Source: Eledone cirrhosa (taxonomy: Eukaryota). Taken from it: a stretch of 64,000 nucleotides of DNA. Positions 38,902-52,045 of the stretch are shown in pieces. The position numbers and the translations under genes were made by a program. Under the pieces are notes generated by a model. The model made no database searches, was not told the origin of the DNA, and saw only the letters and a program-made list of their open reading frames with translations. The DNA lies in assembly GCA_964016885.1 (NCBI GenBank), contig OZ024743.1, positions 349,246,001 through 349,310,000 of the forward strand, read 5' to 3'. The first letter of the stretch is position 1, and each line of letters opens with the position of its first letter.

Positions 38902-38970
<69 letters not shown>

Positions 38971-39039
38971 CTCTGGTACTTACATAGAGCACTCTTCATT
39001 TCTATGACCTTTTCTGTTTTCAACGGAAAGTTCAATACT

Positions 39040-39072
<33 letters not shown>

Positions 39073-39484
39073 AACATATGAAACAATCACGGGATAATTT
39101 GTAAAGTGTGTAAGCACACACAGCTAGGTATGCAACTAATTAATGTTTAACTAGAACTTCAAATATAGATACATTTTAAATTAGTAATCTTGCTTGTATA
39201 TATTTCATTAAAGAAATATATTTCACCATTATTTGGTAAATCACAGCAGTCAAACCCGTATTTTCAACAAGGGAGAAGATTTAACTATCTGTGTTTACAC
39301 AGCAAATGCGAATCTGCCAATTGCCCGTAGCACGTGCTGCATTTTTTTTAAATACACACATCGTACCAGCGTCATTCCAGTGGCGTGAATAGGATTATCG
39401 ACAGTTAAAAATAGCTGCCGAGTCCTTTCAACTGAGTTAGCTCTTCGATTAAGGGGCCGTATATATATCCAATATATGAGAAGC

Positions 39485-40015
39485 CAGAGGGGATCACTAA
39501 TGTAGGCGGGAAGCCGCTAGAATTGGTTGACGACTTCCTGTATTTGGGAGCAAAGATTGGGAATACGGAAGATGATGTGGTTGAGAGGAAGAGCAAAGCC
39601 TGGGCGGCGTGCCACGGCTTGAGATTGGTGTGAAAATCGGACCTTCGTAAAGACCTGAAAATCCACCTCTTCATTGCTGTAGCGGAGTCTGTGCTGCTGT
39701 ATGGATCTTAGAGTTGGACACTGACCAAGAAACTCACTCAGATGGTGGATGGGTGCTACGAGAATGGGTGCTACACAGAGGAGACTGAGGTTAGCTGGAC
39801 GTGCTCACCGACATCCAGAGTTGACATTGCACTCAGTGTTCCTGTGGGAGCCCCTACATGGACACACTGGAAGAGGAAGACTAAAGTTAACGTATGTTGA
39901 TGCCCTAAGGACAGACACTGGTCTGTTGGAGACGCAAGACATGGCAGCGAAAATGAGGTACAGAGACCGCTGGAGAGAACTCGTCCATGTGTCTCGGGAA
40001 TTTTACCCGCCCTAG
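39485..40015 (+). mobile_element. RTE-like LINE 3' fragment (family R1) with an internal deletion
   Basis: [64 protein letters not shown]. Confidence 0.88.
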
Positions 40016-40299
40016 AATATATATCCAAAATTAAATTAAGGGTGCCCTGTCTGAGAGACATGCGCCATATCCACTGTAGAATATGCTTAAAGATTTGCTG
40101 TAAAGGAACCAAATAAATATATATATTTTTTACACTCCAGTTACATTTTCGATTTCATCTTTTTTTCTGTATATTTATATATATATACATATATGTATAT
40201 ATATACATATATATATATATATACATATACAGACCCTCCATCTCAACTCTACTTTTGAAAAGCAGAAGAACTGCGAAACAGGTAAAGGAACCAAATAAA

Positions 40300-40842
40300 T
40301 ATATATATATATTTTTTTAAATAAGACTCCAGTTGCATTTTCGATTTCATCTTTTTTTCTTTATACGTTCACTCGTGTAGGACACCTCGGTTATTTTTCA
40401 TTTTGTAAAAAGAACCTCACTTTCTAATAAATAAACATATATATATATATATATATGTAGGAGGTGAGTTTTATTGTAGTACAATATGTTGATTTAAAAC
40501 TGCACTATCCACAAGTGTTTTTTAGCCTTCATATCATGTTCTCCTGTTTTATCTGATGAAAACAAAAATATTATTGCATGATGATGTTTGTTTTTGACAT
40601 GCGCATAATAAAATACATGGAACTCCTTTAACCATCTTTTGATCTTATATTATATATATATATATATATATTAGAAAGTGAGGTTCTTTTAACAAAATGA
40701 AAAATAACCGAGGCGTCCTACACGAGTGAAAGTATAAGGAAAAGAGATGAAATCGAATATGCAACTGGAGTCTTATTTTAAAAAAATATATATATTTTTT
40801 TTTAAATAAGACTCCTGTTGCATATTCGATTTCATCTCTTTT

Positions 40843-40850
<8 letters not shown>
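40300..40850. repeat. Nested inverted repeats (40300-40427 vs 40671-40790, re-inverted at 40790-40850) around a family A module
   Basis: aaataagactccagttgcattttcgatttcatc...gaacctcactttctaat and its reverse complement; a further partial direct copy lies at 40100-40170. Confidence 0.8.
40484..40650 (+). mobile_element. Family A HHR module (about 170 bp); ribozyme at 40547-40613 with GAAA changed to GACA
   Basis: Near-identical to 51836-52004; ends in (TA)n. Confidence 0.85.
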
Positions 40851-40897
<47 letters not shown>

Positions 40898-41226
40898 CAT
40901 ATACATGTAGTTAGTTATATACCCCGGATTACTTACTCATCATTGGAGAAATTTAAAATAAAATGGAATATGTGCATCCCAACGTACATAACCATAATAA
41001 TAACTGTCGATCACTTTGAATAATAATTGAGGGAACCCTGTAAAGCACCCTTGGAGAGAATTATATGTGAGGAAATGAAATCCGCACCTATCTGATGTGG
41101 AGATTCTGGCAACAAATGCGCTCGATTAAAATGTATTTTAGTATGCAAACACAAGTGTAAACAACGAAAGAAACAATAGAGAAATGTTAAAATTGATGCG
41201 TCTGCTGCTCAATTCAAAGAATCATG

Positions 41227-41415
41227 ATAATTGTTTCTACTTTAGGCACAAGGCCAGCAATTACCAGTGCATTACTGGTACTTTATTTTCTCGACCCCGT
41301 AAGGAAGAGAGGCAAAGTCAACCACGGCGGGATTTGAACTCAGATCGTAAAGGGACGTAACACTGCTGGAAAGCATGGCGTCCGACCCTCTACCGATACT
41401 GCCAATCCACCGCCC
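41227..41415 (-). mobile_element. tRNA-derived SINE
   Basis: Full length; imperfect TSD atcatgataat/atcataataat. Confidence 0.92.
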
Positions 41416-41692
41416 TATCATAATAATAACAGTTGATTACTGGTGTGATCGTATAAGCCTGGGCTAATTTTCAATATGATACTAAATACTTTCCTTACCG
41501 CTGACTATCTATTCCATATTGAACACATTTGCGTTCCCACATATGACGATATTGTTTTGTAAATGTTTTTGTCACACCCATCTAGACATATCAAGGTTAA
41601 AATTAATATTTAAACGTGAACTCTACATACATATACTGGTAACCCTGTAATCATAGCCCGAATCTTTGACATTAAATGTATATAATATATCA

Positions 41693-41880
41693 GGGCGATG
41701 GATTGGCAGTATCGGTAGAGGGTCGGACGCCATGCTTTCCAGCATAGTTACGTCCCTTTACGATCTGAGTTCAAATCCCGCCAAGGTTGACTTTGCCTTT
41801 CATCCTTACGGGGTCGATAAAATAAAGTACCAGTAATGCACTGGCTAATTGCTGGCCTTGTGACTAAAGTAGAAACAATT
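41693..41880 (+). mobile_element. tRNA-derived SINE with a 20-bp TSD
   Basis: ATTAAATGTATATAATATAT occurs at 41671-41690 and 41878-41897. Confidence 0.94.
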
Positions 41881-41959
41881 AAATGTATATAATATATTTA
41901 ATGATAACATGCTCACTCACTCAAACATTCGCACATAAGGACATACAGATACGCACACG

Positions 41960-42014
<55 letters not shown>

Positions 42015-43469
42015 AATAAGGAGCGCACAGGACAATGGGAAACAAACAACAGAAAGATGGACAATCCCATCTCCTCAGTCAACCTTTGGAAAATTCTACG
42101 GTGTTGGTTTATAAAGGTTGATACCGTTCATTCCATTGCACATTAAGATATAATAGGTTGACGTTATACCTTTAGGTAAATTACACAAATAGAGGTTGCA
42201 CAAAGGTTTAGCCACAGGAGAGAAATATTAAAAGAGATGAGAAAGGACTGTTGTCCAATGCGCAGACAAAAAGGGACACTGGGGTATAGATAAGGTAACA
42301 AGGAAGAATAGAGTAATCAGAACGTGCGGTGAGATGTCTATTATACAATAGTTTCAAAAGATTTCCGAATATAAATTCAAAATAGGGAGAACAACGGAAA
42401 TATGGACAGTCCCATCACAGTTAAACTCTAGAAATCACTACGGTTTCGGATAAAATTAAGCTCAATAATTATATATATATATATATATATATGAATATAT
42501 ATATTTAAAACACATGCACACACACAAACACACACTCACACACACACATACACACACACACACACACATATATATATACGGTAGACATAGATGCAATTTA
42601 ATTCACACAATTGAATTCATGTTATTCTTCAAAGTAAGAATGACGGAGTATAATTAGAATAAGGAAAATGTGAAGTTGTAGATATTAGAAAGTCCTATTA
42701 CAATAAAGTTACGATACACATTTCAATGACGATGATGGTCACTTGATTATTTAACCATACTCGTGATTTTACATTGAGTAAACTGTTACATTTCCGAGGC
42801 TGTCCTAGGTTCAAGGGAGCGGACAAAAATATATGTATATGTTAGTATTGCTCGTTCCCATTTGAGCTTCTGACAATAACAACAGGTCTGCACAGACGAT
42901 ATATATATATAGGGAGTGCGTGGTCTTGATGGACTCTTACAAGTCACTACTTTAAAACTCATAGAGAATGGTCTTCAATATGTTTTTAATTTAACATACA
43001 GTATATTTCCAAATATATTCATGAATACATCGCGATTTCAGAGCACCAATGCTAATGCATAATTGTTGCTGGACCGGCAATCGCTCTGTTTAATCAGCTC
43101 TTAAATATTACTGGAATTCTATAAGAATCCAGCTTCTATAATTATCGGCAAAGGCAAGACAGCGGATGTCCTTGATAAACGCTAACAAGCGAGAAACAGA
43201 CTGTCTGTCGATCATTTCCGTTGTTTTTGCCGAGAATAAGTAAGTGACATAGTCAATAGTTTAAAATTCATAGCGAATCGTCTTCAAAATGTTTTAATTA
43301 AATATAGTAGCAGACAATCTAGCATATGTAGTGTGCGTATTGGTTTTATACGCAAATATATATGCTTATAGATATGATATGTAAATTGAAAAGTAAATTG
43401 ACAATATTTTCTTCTTCGCCCAATTAATTTTGAGAAAGTTGTGGGGGCAGAGTCCTTCTCATACACTCT

Positions 43470-43682
43470 TTTCAGTTAGTCTGTCAGAAGCAAACATCTC
43501 TAACTGATCCAGCTGGATCTCAAAGCGTGACCAGCCAAGCTGATGGATGTTATCTAACTATCTTCCTCGAGGTCTACCTCTGGGTCTCTTCCTGGTTGGT
43601 TTTGCCTGTAAAATTTGTCCAGCGATTCTTTACTGAGACATTCTAACTACATGCTCATAATATCGGAGTTGTGATCTCTCCA
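43470..43682 (-). mobile_element. RTE-like LINE 3' fragment (family R2)
   Basis: ERSQLRYYEHVVRM..KPTRKRPRGRPRGR*LDNIH; homologous to 52694-52870. Confidence 0.8.
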
Positions 43683-44006
43683 AAGATGGACAAATGTTCC
43701 AAAACTATCCTTCTTTTTTCTCTTTTTCCTGTCATCCCATTCTTATCAAAAGACATGTATCTTACACCTCTTTAAAACCCACCACCACCACCCCAGACAC
43801 ACACCTAAATTCATCTTTGATATAGAAATTTGTAGAAGATATTCTTAATAAATGTAAGAGAGTCGATTCAGCTATAAGAAACGGATTATATTCATCAAGG
43901 TCATCTATTGAAATAAAACCAGCAGGAGGGGATTTGTACAACCACTTTTTTAAACATCCCTATCTTGGTCTCAACTTCACCATTTTATATGTATGTATAT
44001 ATGTAT

Positions 44007-44037
<31 letters not shown>

Positions 44038-44536
44038 CATGCGTGTGTGTGTGTATCCATTAATTCCTTTAAATCTTCATCAACACTCATTAACACCCCA
44101 CCCCACACCGTATACACATCCAAATCACTCTAGAGTCACAAATCACAACACAACCTGATCTCAGTTTGACAACCGCAACCGACAAATGCGAGAAAGTTCT
44201 CCGAAAAAGTTAACCAGGAATCTTTAAAATTCTTCCCACGTAAGTTAACAAAGAACTTATTAGATCTACCAACTCATAATATTATAAAATTATAATATTA
44301 AATCAAATTATTTAGCACTATAAGTGAAGTCATTCTTTTCGCGTTTTTCATATTCATGTAATATATATTGCTCTGCAAGGTTTTTGTGTATATATATTTA
44401 TATCTGTATTTTTAAGCGTTGGTCAATCAATGATAAATATTGATTACCAAAGAAATTAACTATGGAGATATAAAAGATACAGAAGCGAAACCAATCTAAA
44501 CCAAACAGTGAGTGTGTTCTGTTATTATTTCTCGCA

Positions 44537-44672
44537 CCTCGGCAGGATTTAAACTTTATGGTCTGGATTTGAACTATAATCCTGCCGAGGTTAACTTTGC
44601 CTTTCATCCTTACGGGGTCGATGAAATAAAGTACCAGGGATAGTTCCTGTTCTTGTGCCAAAAGTAGAAACA
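44537..44672 (+). mobile_element. 5'-truncated SINE with inverted 5' pieces, inserted into an H3-family end
   Basis: TSD attatttct(c/g)gca at 44524-44536 and 44673-44685; 44537-44555 and 44565-44575 are reverse-complement B-box pieces. Confidence 0.85.
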
Positions 44673-44976
44673 ATTATTTCTGGCAATATTATAACAATAT
44701 GGCCCTCCCCAAGTATAACAATATACGTATATATATATATATATATGTATGTATGTGTTTGGCAATATACAATTTGTTTATTAAAAACATTCATTTGTTT
44801 ATTAAAAATTCTTTTCGGCGAAAACTTTCGCCGAAAAGAACTAGGTGACATAGTCACTACTTTAAAACTGATAGCGTATGGTATTCTAAATGTTTTAAAT
44901 TAAATATACGGTATATTGTCAAATATACTATACACACATATATACATATATACATTACTATTTCAGAGCACCAATC

Positions 44977-45075
<99 letters not shown>

Positions 45076-45123
45076 ATTTATATATATATATATATTTATA
45101 TATTTATATATATATATATATTA

Positions 45124-45221
<98 letters not shown>

Positions 45222-45270
45222 TTATATATTTATATTTATATATTTATATTTATATATATATATATATACT

Positions 45271-45488
45271 TATTAAAATAACAGATTACAGTTTAAGCAA
45301 AGAATAGCTAATTTCACCCTTAATGGGATCTTCTGAAGATCCCCTTAAGGGTGAAAGCAGCGATTCTTTGCTTAAACTTTAATCTGTTATTTTAATAAAT
45401 ATTTGTTCTACGGTTCTTATATATTTGATATATATTTATCCTTATCGCGCCCTCTTTGGATTTTAGTCATCAAATGTATTATTATTAC

Positions 45489-45490
<2 letters not shown>
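45271..45490. mobile_element. Short palindromic family E element between (TA)n tracts
   Basis: The centre gggatcttc-t-gaagatccc is at 45334, and both arms start inside the HHR-like core. Confidence 0.82.
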
Positions 45491-45527
<37 letters not shown>

Positions 45528-45978
45528 TGAGGGAGAGAGATATGAAAACAGGGAGAAAAAGACGATTATTAGGAAGAAAAATATTTGTTTTCCCCTTTTT
45601 ATTTATTTCTCTCTTTTTTCTAGGTTAGAAAATGATTAAAACGAAATATGTTAGTTTGTGTGAAGTGTTAAGGTATTAGTTGATTTATTTAATAATTAAC
45701 AATGGCATTTATTTATTTATTTATATATTTAATAATTGTCTCTTACCTGTTTATATATATATTTGTGTGTGTGTTTACATATCACCACATATCTACTGCT
45801 ATAATATTTTCTTTAGATTTCGGTATTGTTTCTTTATTGTAGTTGTAGTTTCGGTTGCTGCTGTTGATACGAAATTATTGCATTATCATTTTCTTGTATC
45901 TGTTACCTATGAAATAAGATATTTGACATATCAATTCGTACTACGCAAATCACTCTTCAAAGATGATATCTTTATCCA

Positions 45979-46061
<83 letters not shown>

Positions 46062-46572
46062 TTCCCCTTACTATACTAGCAACTATACCCGTGTCCAGCT
46101 GCGTATACATACACAGACACACTCACGCATTTATAGGTGTATATAGAAATTTGCGTGTGTATGTGTATTATCACATACTCACTGTTGCATACACATAATC
46201 ATAATACACCTTCCTGTTTTGTTATATATATATACATATATAAATATATATATATATATATATAACTATATAAATATATAAATATATATATATATATTAC
46301 AAGTATATATTACACAAAGAGAAGTGAACTGCGGAATACTCTTAATTCCGATCTTTGTATATATATATTACTATATAAATAAATATATATATATATATAT
46401 AATGTACATATATATACATATATATACATACATATTATATATATATATATATACATAAATATATATATGTAATATATATACATACACACACGCGCGCGCG
46501 CACATACACACACACATGTATATAATTGCGTATGCATATGTATGTATGAGTGCATGTGTATATATAAGACCA

Positions 46573-46609
<37 letters not shown>

Positions 46610-47089
46610 TGTGTGTGTTTGTGTGTGCGTGTATGTGTGTGTGGGTGTCTGTATATGTTTTCATAATATACGCTTGGGTTAGTGTTCTTAAATGTTATTT
46701 TTTGAGCTTTTATAACAATGGACTTTTATGTATGCAATATGTAATATGAGTTGAAAATAGAGATGAACGAAATGATAGTTAGAAAAAACAGGCTCGGGTA
46801 GAAGAAGCGAGCCTGAAATCTATATAGATATACGCGTAGAGTATCGTGTTTCCTCACTTATGAATGTTGTCTATGGCATAATATGAAGGTTAATGCATAA
46901 AGCCATTTCTTACAACTCTCTGACGCCAACAGGTACATTGAGATGTCATACAATCTGTCTAATTCGTGATGAAATTGTTATATCAATAAGAAAAACATCA
47001 ATCTACAAGAAAATTGACAATAACTTTGGTTACATATACAATAACAACGATAGAAAACAAATGAATAACATATTTTATTGTTTCATAAG

Positions 47090-47154
47090 CATGAAACCTG
47101 AAAGTTTTAGTGACGGAGAAAAGTATAACATTCGTGACTTTTTCTGGGACATTG
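47090..47154 (+). CDS. Candidate isolated exon
   Basis: tttcataag|C ATG AAA CCT...GAC ATT G|gtaagt (MKPESFSDGEKYNIRDFFWDI); consensus donor, weak acceptor. Confidence 0.2.
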
Positions 47155-48674
47155 GTAAGTTGTTTGGCTGACAAAAGAGATTAAAACCTTGACACTTGTT
47201 CACCATATCGAATGTTTAATTATCATATACTATATGAAGGAAAAACCTTATACTGTTAAATATTTATTATCGTTAATATCTTTGTTCCGTCAATAATGAT
47301 GCTAATAGCGTTTAAATTATCATTTTTTTTTAGCCCGGGATTTTTATGCGATATATACGAGAATTACCGGGTATATCATCGATCATAAAAGACTGGGAAA
47401 TTTATGTTTTGATAAGTGTATTGTTCACATAAAAGCGATCTCATAGTTTATGTTGAATGAAACGTGGGAAAGGGCAAAGTTAAGAAGTATATTTTAATAA
47501 TTTATTTCTAGTATATAATTATAAAAATGTTCAGCATATATGATAAACGACAAGAGATGTAACACTCATCGCCGAAACTAACAGAGATCCATTCCATTAT
47601 ATCCTAGAAAGACGAATAGTTGTCTCGAATTACAAACCAGATGCTAAAAAGGTGATATATTTTGCATAGGTGTTTTATTTTTACAGTTGTGTGTGTGAGG
47701 TAAAACCAGTGCCAATGATCTATCTCAGTGCTTTGATACGAGGAGAAGTAACTATCCTTAAATCAGACACGTGCTCCGAATATTTGCAAGAGAGTGTGAA
47801 GGCCATGTAATGGCGTTAAACCAAATGACGGATTAAGTCTCCTGCCCAAATATGTCACAGTGGGGTTTGAACTCAGAAGGCAAACAGTTAGATCATATAT
47901 CACAAGGCATATGATCAAACAACGGCCGTTGACAGGCATTCCATTTTATTAACTGGAAAACGATGTGGATGTCAGATAAAGTTGACCTCGATGTTATTTG
48001 AACTCAGAATACAGAGAGGAGAGAAAATATCGCATGGCATGTTCTTCTATGCTTTAATGACTCTGTCAATTAACTTCCTACGGTATGTGATTCTATAACA
48101 AATTATTCAAATGCAATATTCTTGGAAAAGATAACGAAAAGCTACCCGGATTATTAAAACTTCATCAGTCACACCTTCTATAAATTCGAACAATGAGGTC
48201 TGACTACAATGTCGAACAAGTCGTTAATTCAAATAAATGTATGTATATTTCACTTGCTGAATGCTCTCTCTCCTAAATTTCTCTACAACATTAATGCAAC
48301 ATATGTCATCGATCAATCTGAATGATCTGTGATAATTAAAAGCTTTAATTTAGTCAAACCTTTTATTAAGTTTTCCATGAATTCTGCCTCTGACGAATAC
48401 GGATAACATTAGCTCCAAGTATTGCAGAAACAATACACAACAGATATCCAATTCTCTGTAACAAAGAAGATGATCAATTTTAAATTGACAGCTTATAATT
48501 AGCGATGTTATTGTTTCTTTTAGAGAATTACTTCTAATGTGAGATTTCTCAAAGCCTTTGCTGACTCTTAGTAAGATGACACATATTGGGGTTCATATTG
48601 AAAATAGAATACAGAAGAATGGTTGCATAATAGATTAATATAGGATTGTTAAATCAATTTTTAATAGTTAAGGA

Positions 48675-48865
48675 AATAATTGTTTCTACTTTAGGCACAA
48701 GGCCAGCAATAACCCAGTGCGTTACTGGTACTTTATTTCATCGACCCCGTAAGGATGAAAGGCAAAGTCAACCTCGGCGGGATTTGAACTCAGATCGTAA
48801 AGGGACGTAACTATGCTGGAAAGCATGGCGTCCGACCCTCTACCGATACTGCCAATCCACCGCCC
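48675..48865 (-). mobile_element. Young tRNA-derived SINE with a 21-bp TSD and extra 5' junction sequence
   Basis: AATAGTTAAGGAAATAATTGT occurs at 48663-48683 and 48902-48922. Confidence 0.94.
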
Positions 48866-49959
48866 TTGTTAGGTGTACTGTTGATCAAAAGACTGTTGAT
48901 CAATAGTTAAGGAAATAATTGTATCTTGAAATACAATTAAGATATTATACTTTCAATTTATTTCAAGAATTTAATTATATACAAAATTCTATGTTTCCAT
49001 ATATATATATCAAGAGCTTTATTGATATAAAATCCTGAATTCTGTCTGATACGAATACTATGTTAGCATAGTCAGTTGACTAAACCCGACTAGTTTACTG
49101 GTGTCTAGGCTAACAGTTTTAAAGTTAGCTTAGGAATAATTCAAATTCACACTATAATGCTTACTGTTACTACTCTAGCAACAAGTAAAACAAGTTGATT
49201 TAGTCACAAAAGCTCCGGCGTGGATTAAAAATAATAGGAAACCAAATGTTTCCATGAATTGAAAATCACATTGCTGTGTTTGTTTTTTGTTGCTTCCCAA
49301 CCTGGTTGAGTGTTGGACATCTGTCGGTTCTGATCACTATTGTTGCAGTCTTTTGATCAACAGTACACCTATTTTTACAAGTATTCCATTAGAAACCATC
49401 AATCTTTTCTGAAATATTTAGAACTTCATTATCTAATGCACTACTTTATTTTTTTAAGACATAAGGATGGGGGAAGGGATGGATTTGAAGCAAGTTGTAT
49501 CTAATACGGTCCATCCGTCGTCAAGACTTTTTTTTATAATCCGTGCCTCACTATTCGAAGTGCATTTTCGTTTCTGAGACACTAAATTATATGTCTAGTC
49601 AGATTTTGCAGTTGTTTCTAGCAAGTTGTTTAATCAGGTTCCAGTAGCAGATCATGATGTATGTAGTTCATTTCAAGAAAGCAGATTTAGGGATAGTAGA
49701 GTGAAACATTAGGAGAATTCTCGGAAAGAATGTCTTGACAAGCAAGTGATAACAGTTTATATAATTAGGAAAGGTTATAGCTGACAAAGAAAAATGGAAA
49801 CCAGTATTATCAGTAACATAAAAGATGTATAGAAGTAAACAATAATGAACGGCAGATTTACATAGCAATGAAATATGGAGAATGTATAAGAACTGGCATG
49901 AAGAGAGGTGGAAAGATAGAGATAGAGATAGAGTGAAAATGAAAATATGTGTTTGTGTA

Positions 49960-50034
<75 letters not shown>

Positions 50035-50371
50035 GAGAGAGGAGAAAAAAAGTTGTAAAGAAAATGCTACTCTCTGTGTATGTGAAGTTTTAGTAATTAA
50101 GACATCAGACAGAATTTAGTAAGAATGAATGCCGTGTGAAATTAATGAGGTGAACTCTAAAAACGAAACTGGTAAAGTGACGTAAAGGAACTATTTTAAG
50201 CAATACAAGATGAAAACAATAGACATGTAAGAGTTTACTACAATTTGAGTAAAATTGAATATACATGGCTAATTTTTAACGTAGATTCTAAAATAAATCT
50301 ATATTGTTATTTAATGTCATTTACAAACAGGTATATATATATATAAGTATGTATATATGTACACACACACG

Positions 50372-50416
<45 letters not shown>

Positions 50417-50542
50417 GTAGGAGGTGAGTTTTATTGTAGTACAATAAAGCAATGCAGATATCGGATAAGAAGCACTCTACAGTTTGTAGGACTGGAGTAT
50501 ACATAATATAAGATCAAAAGATGGTTAAAGGAGTTCCATGTA

Positions 50543-50609
50543 TTTTATTATGCGCATTTCAAAAACAAACATCATCATGCAATAATATTTGTGTTTTCAT
50601 CAGATAAAA
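50543..50609 (-). ncRNA. Minimal hammerhead ribozyme (family A)
   Basis: TTTTAT CTGATGA aaacacaaatattattgcatgatgatgtttgttttt GAAA T-gcgc-A TA^ ATAAAA. Confidence 0.82.
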
Positions 50610-51898
50610 CAGGAGAACATGATATGAAGGCTAAAAAACACTTGAGGATAGTGCAGTTTTAAATCAACATATGAAAAGTGGTTTTAGATTGATGTGTGAT
50701 ATTGGGAAAAATATTTTATTTAGAGAGGGGGGGGGTGGAAAGGATGAAAAAGGGGAGGAGATGAGAGGGAGAGATGGGTGATAGAGAGAAAGAGATAGTT
50801 TTTATAACTGAGAGGAGATATATTGTTTTACATAGAGAGGTTGAAAACCGTTGGAAGATAATGTATAAATTAAAAGAATTTGAAAATTAACGAGGAAAAA
50901 ATATTTTATTTAGGGAGGGGGGGTGAAAAAAGGGGGAGGAGATGAGAGTGAAGGTGGAGATGGAGAGATGGGTGATAGAGAGAAAGAGATAGTTTTTATA
51001 ACTGAGAAAAAGATATATTGTTTTACATAGAGAGGTTGAGAACCGTTGGAAGATAATGTATAAATTAAAGGAATTTGAAAATTAACGAGGGAATTTATGT
51101 ATGAAGATAGAGAGAAAAAAATAATAATTGTGGATGAATATTCTAACGTCAAAAAAAGTGTATGTTGATAAGTATTGTGGCAATTTCAAAATTAACGAAG
51201 AGAAAAATTATATTATTATTATATTATTATATTATATTATTTTTCTCAAATCCTTCTACACACAAACCTTAATAATTTTTCTCTTCGTTAATTTTGAAAT
51301 TGCCACAATACTTATAAACATACACTTTTTTTGACGTTAGAATATTCATCCACAATTATTATTTTTTTCTCTCTATCTTCATACATAAATTCCCTTCGTT
51401 AATTTTCAAATTCCTTTAATTTATACATTATCTTCCAACGGTTCTCAACCTCTCTATGTAAAACAATATATCTTTTTCTCAGTTATAAAAACTATCTCTT
51501 TCTCTCTATCACCCATCTCTCCATCTCCACCTTCACTCTCATCTCCTCCCCCTTTTTTCATCCTTTCCACCCCCACCCCCCCTCCCTAAATAAAATATTT
51601 TTTCCTCGTTAATTTTCAAATTCTTTTAATTTATACATTATCTTCCAACGGTTTTCAACCTCTCTATGTAAAACAATATATCTCCTCTCAGTTATAAAAA
51701 CTATCTCTTTCTCTCTATCACCCATCTCTCCCTCTCATCTCCTCCCCTTTTTCATCCTTTCCACCCCCCCCCCCACCCCCCTCTCTAAATAAAATATTTT
51801 TCCCAATATCACACATCAATCTAAAACCACTTTTCATATGTTGATTTAAAACTGCACTATCCACAAGTGTTTTTTAGCCTTCATATCATGTTCTCCTG

Positions 51899-51965
51899 TT
51901 TTATCTGATGAAAACACAAATATTATTGCATGATGATGTTTGTTTTTGAAATGCGCATAATAAAA
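51899..51965 (+). ncRNA. Minimal hammerhead ribozyme (family A)
   Basis: Same motif on the + strand; palindromic GCGC loop on a 2-bp helix III. Confidence 0.82.
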
Positions 51966-52002
51966 TACATGGAACTCCTTTAACCATCTTTTGATCTTAT
52001 AT

Positions 52003-52045
<43 letters not shown>

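Larger units (their letters stand above)
37372..38906. mobile_element. Retrozyme-like element D: 472-bp tandem units in two opposed blocks (37372-38008 sense minus; 38009-38906 sense plus), flanked by (TA)n
   Basis: The 472-bp period is confirmed by repeated ORFs (37387/37859; 38078/38550). It carries three HHRs and is a diverged homolog of family C. Confidence 0.9.
50504..52004. mobile_element. HHR-bearing palindromic element A (arms approx. 50504-51211 and 51272-52004, nearly identical)
   Basis: The arms are reverse complements; each contains an internal tandem duplication of about 190 bp and an HHR near the outer end; the spacer is about 60 bp. Confidence 0.92.
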
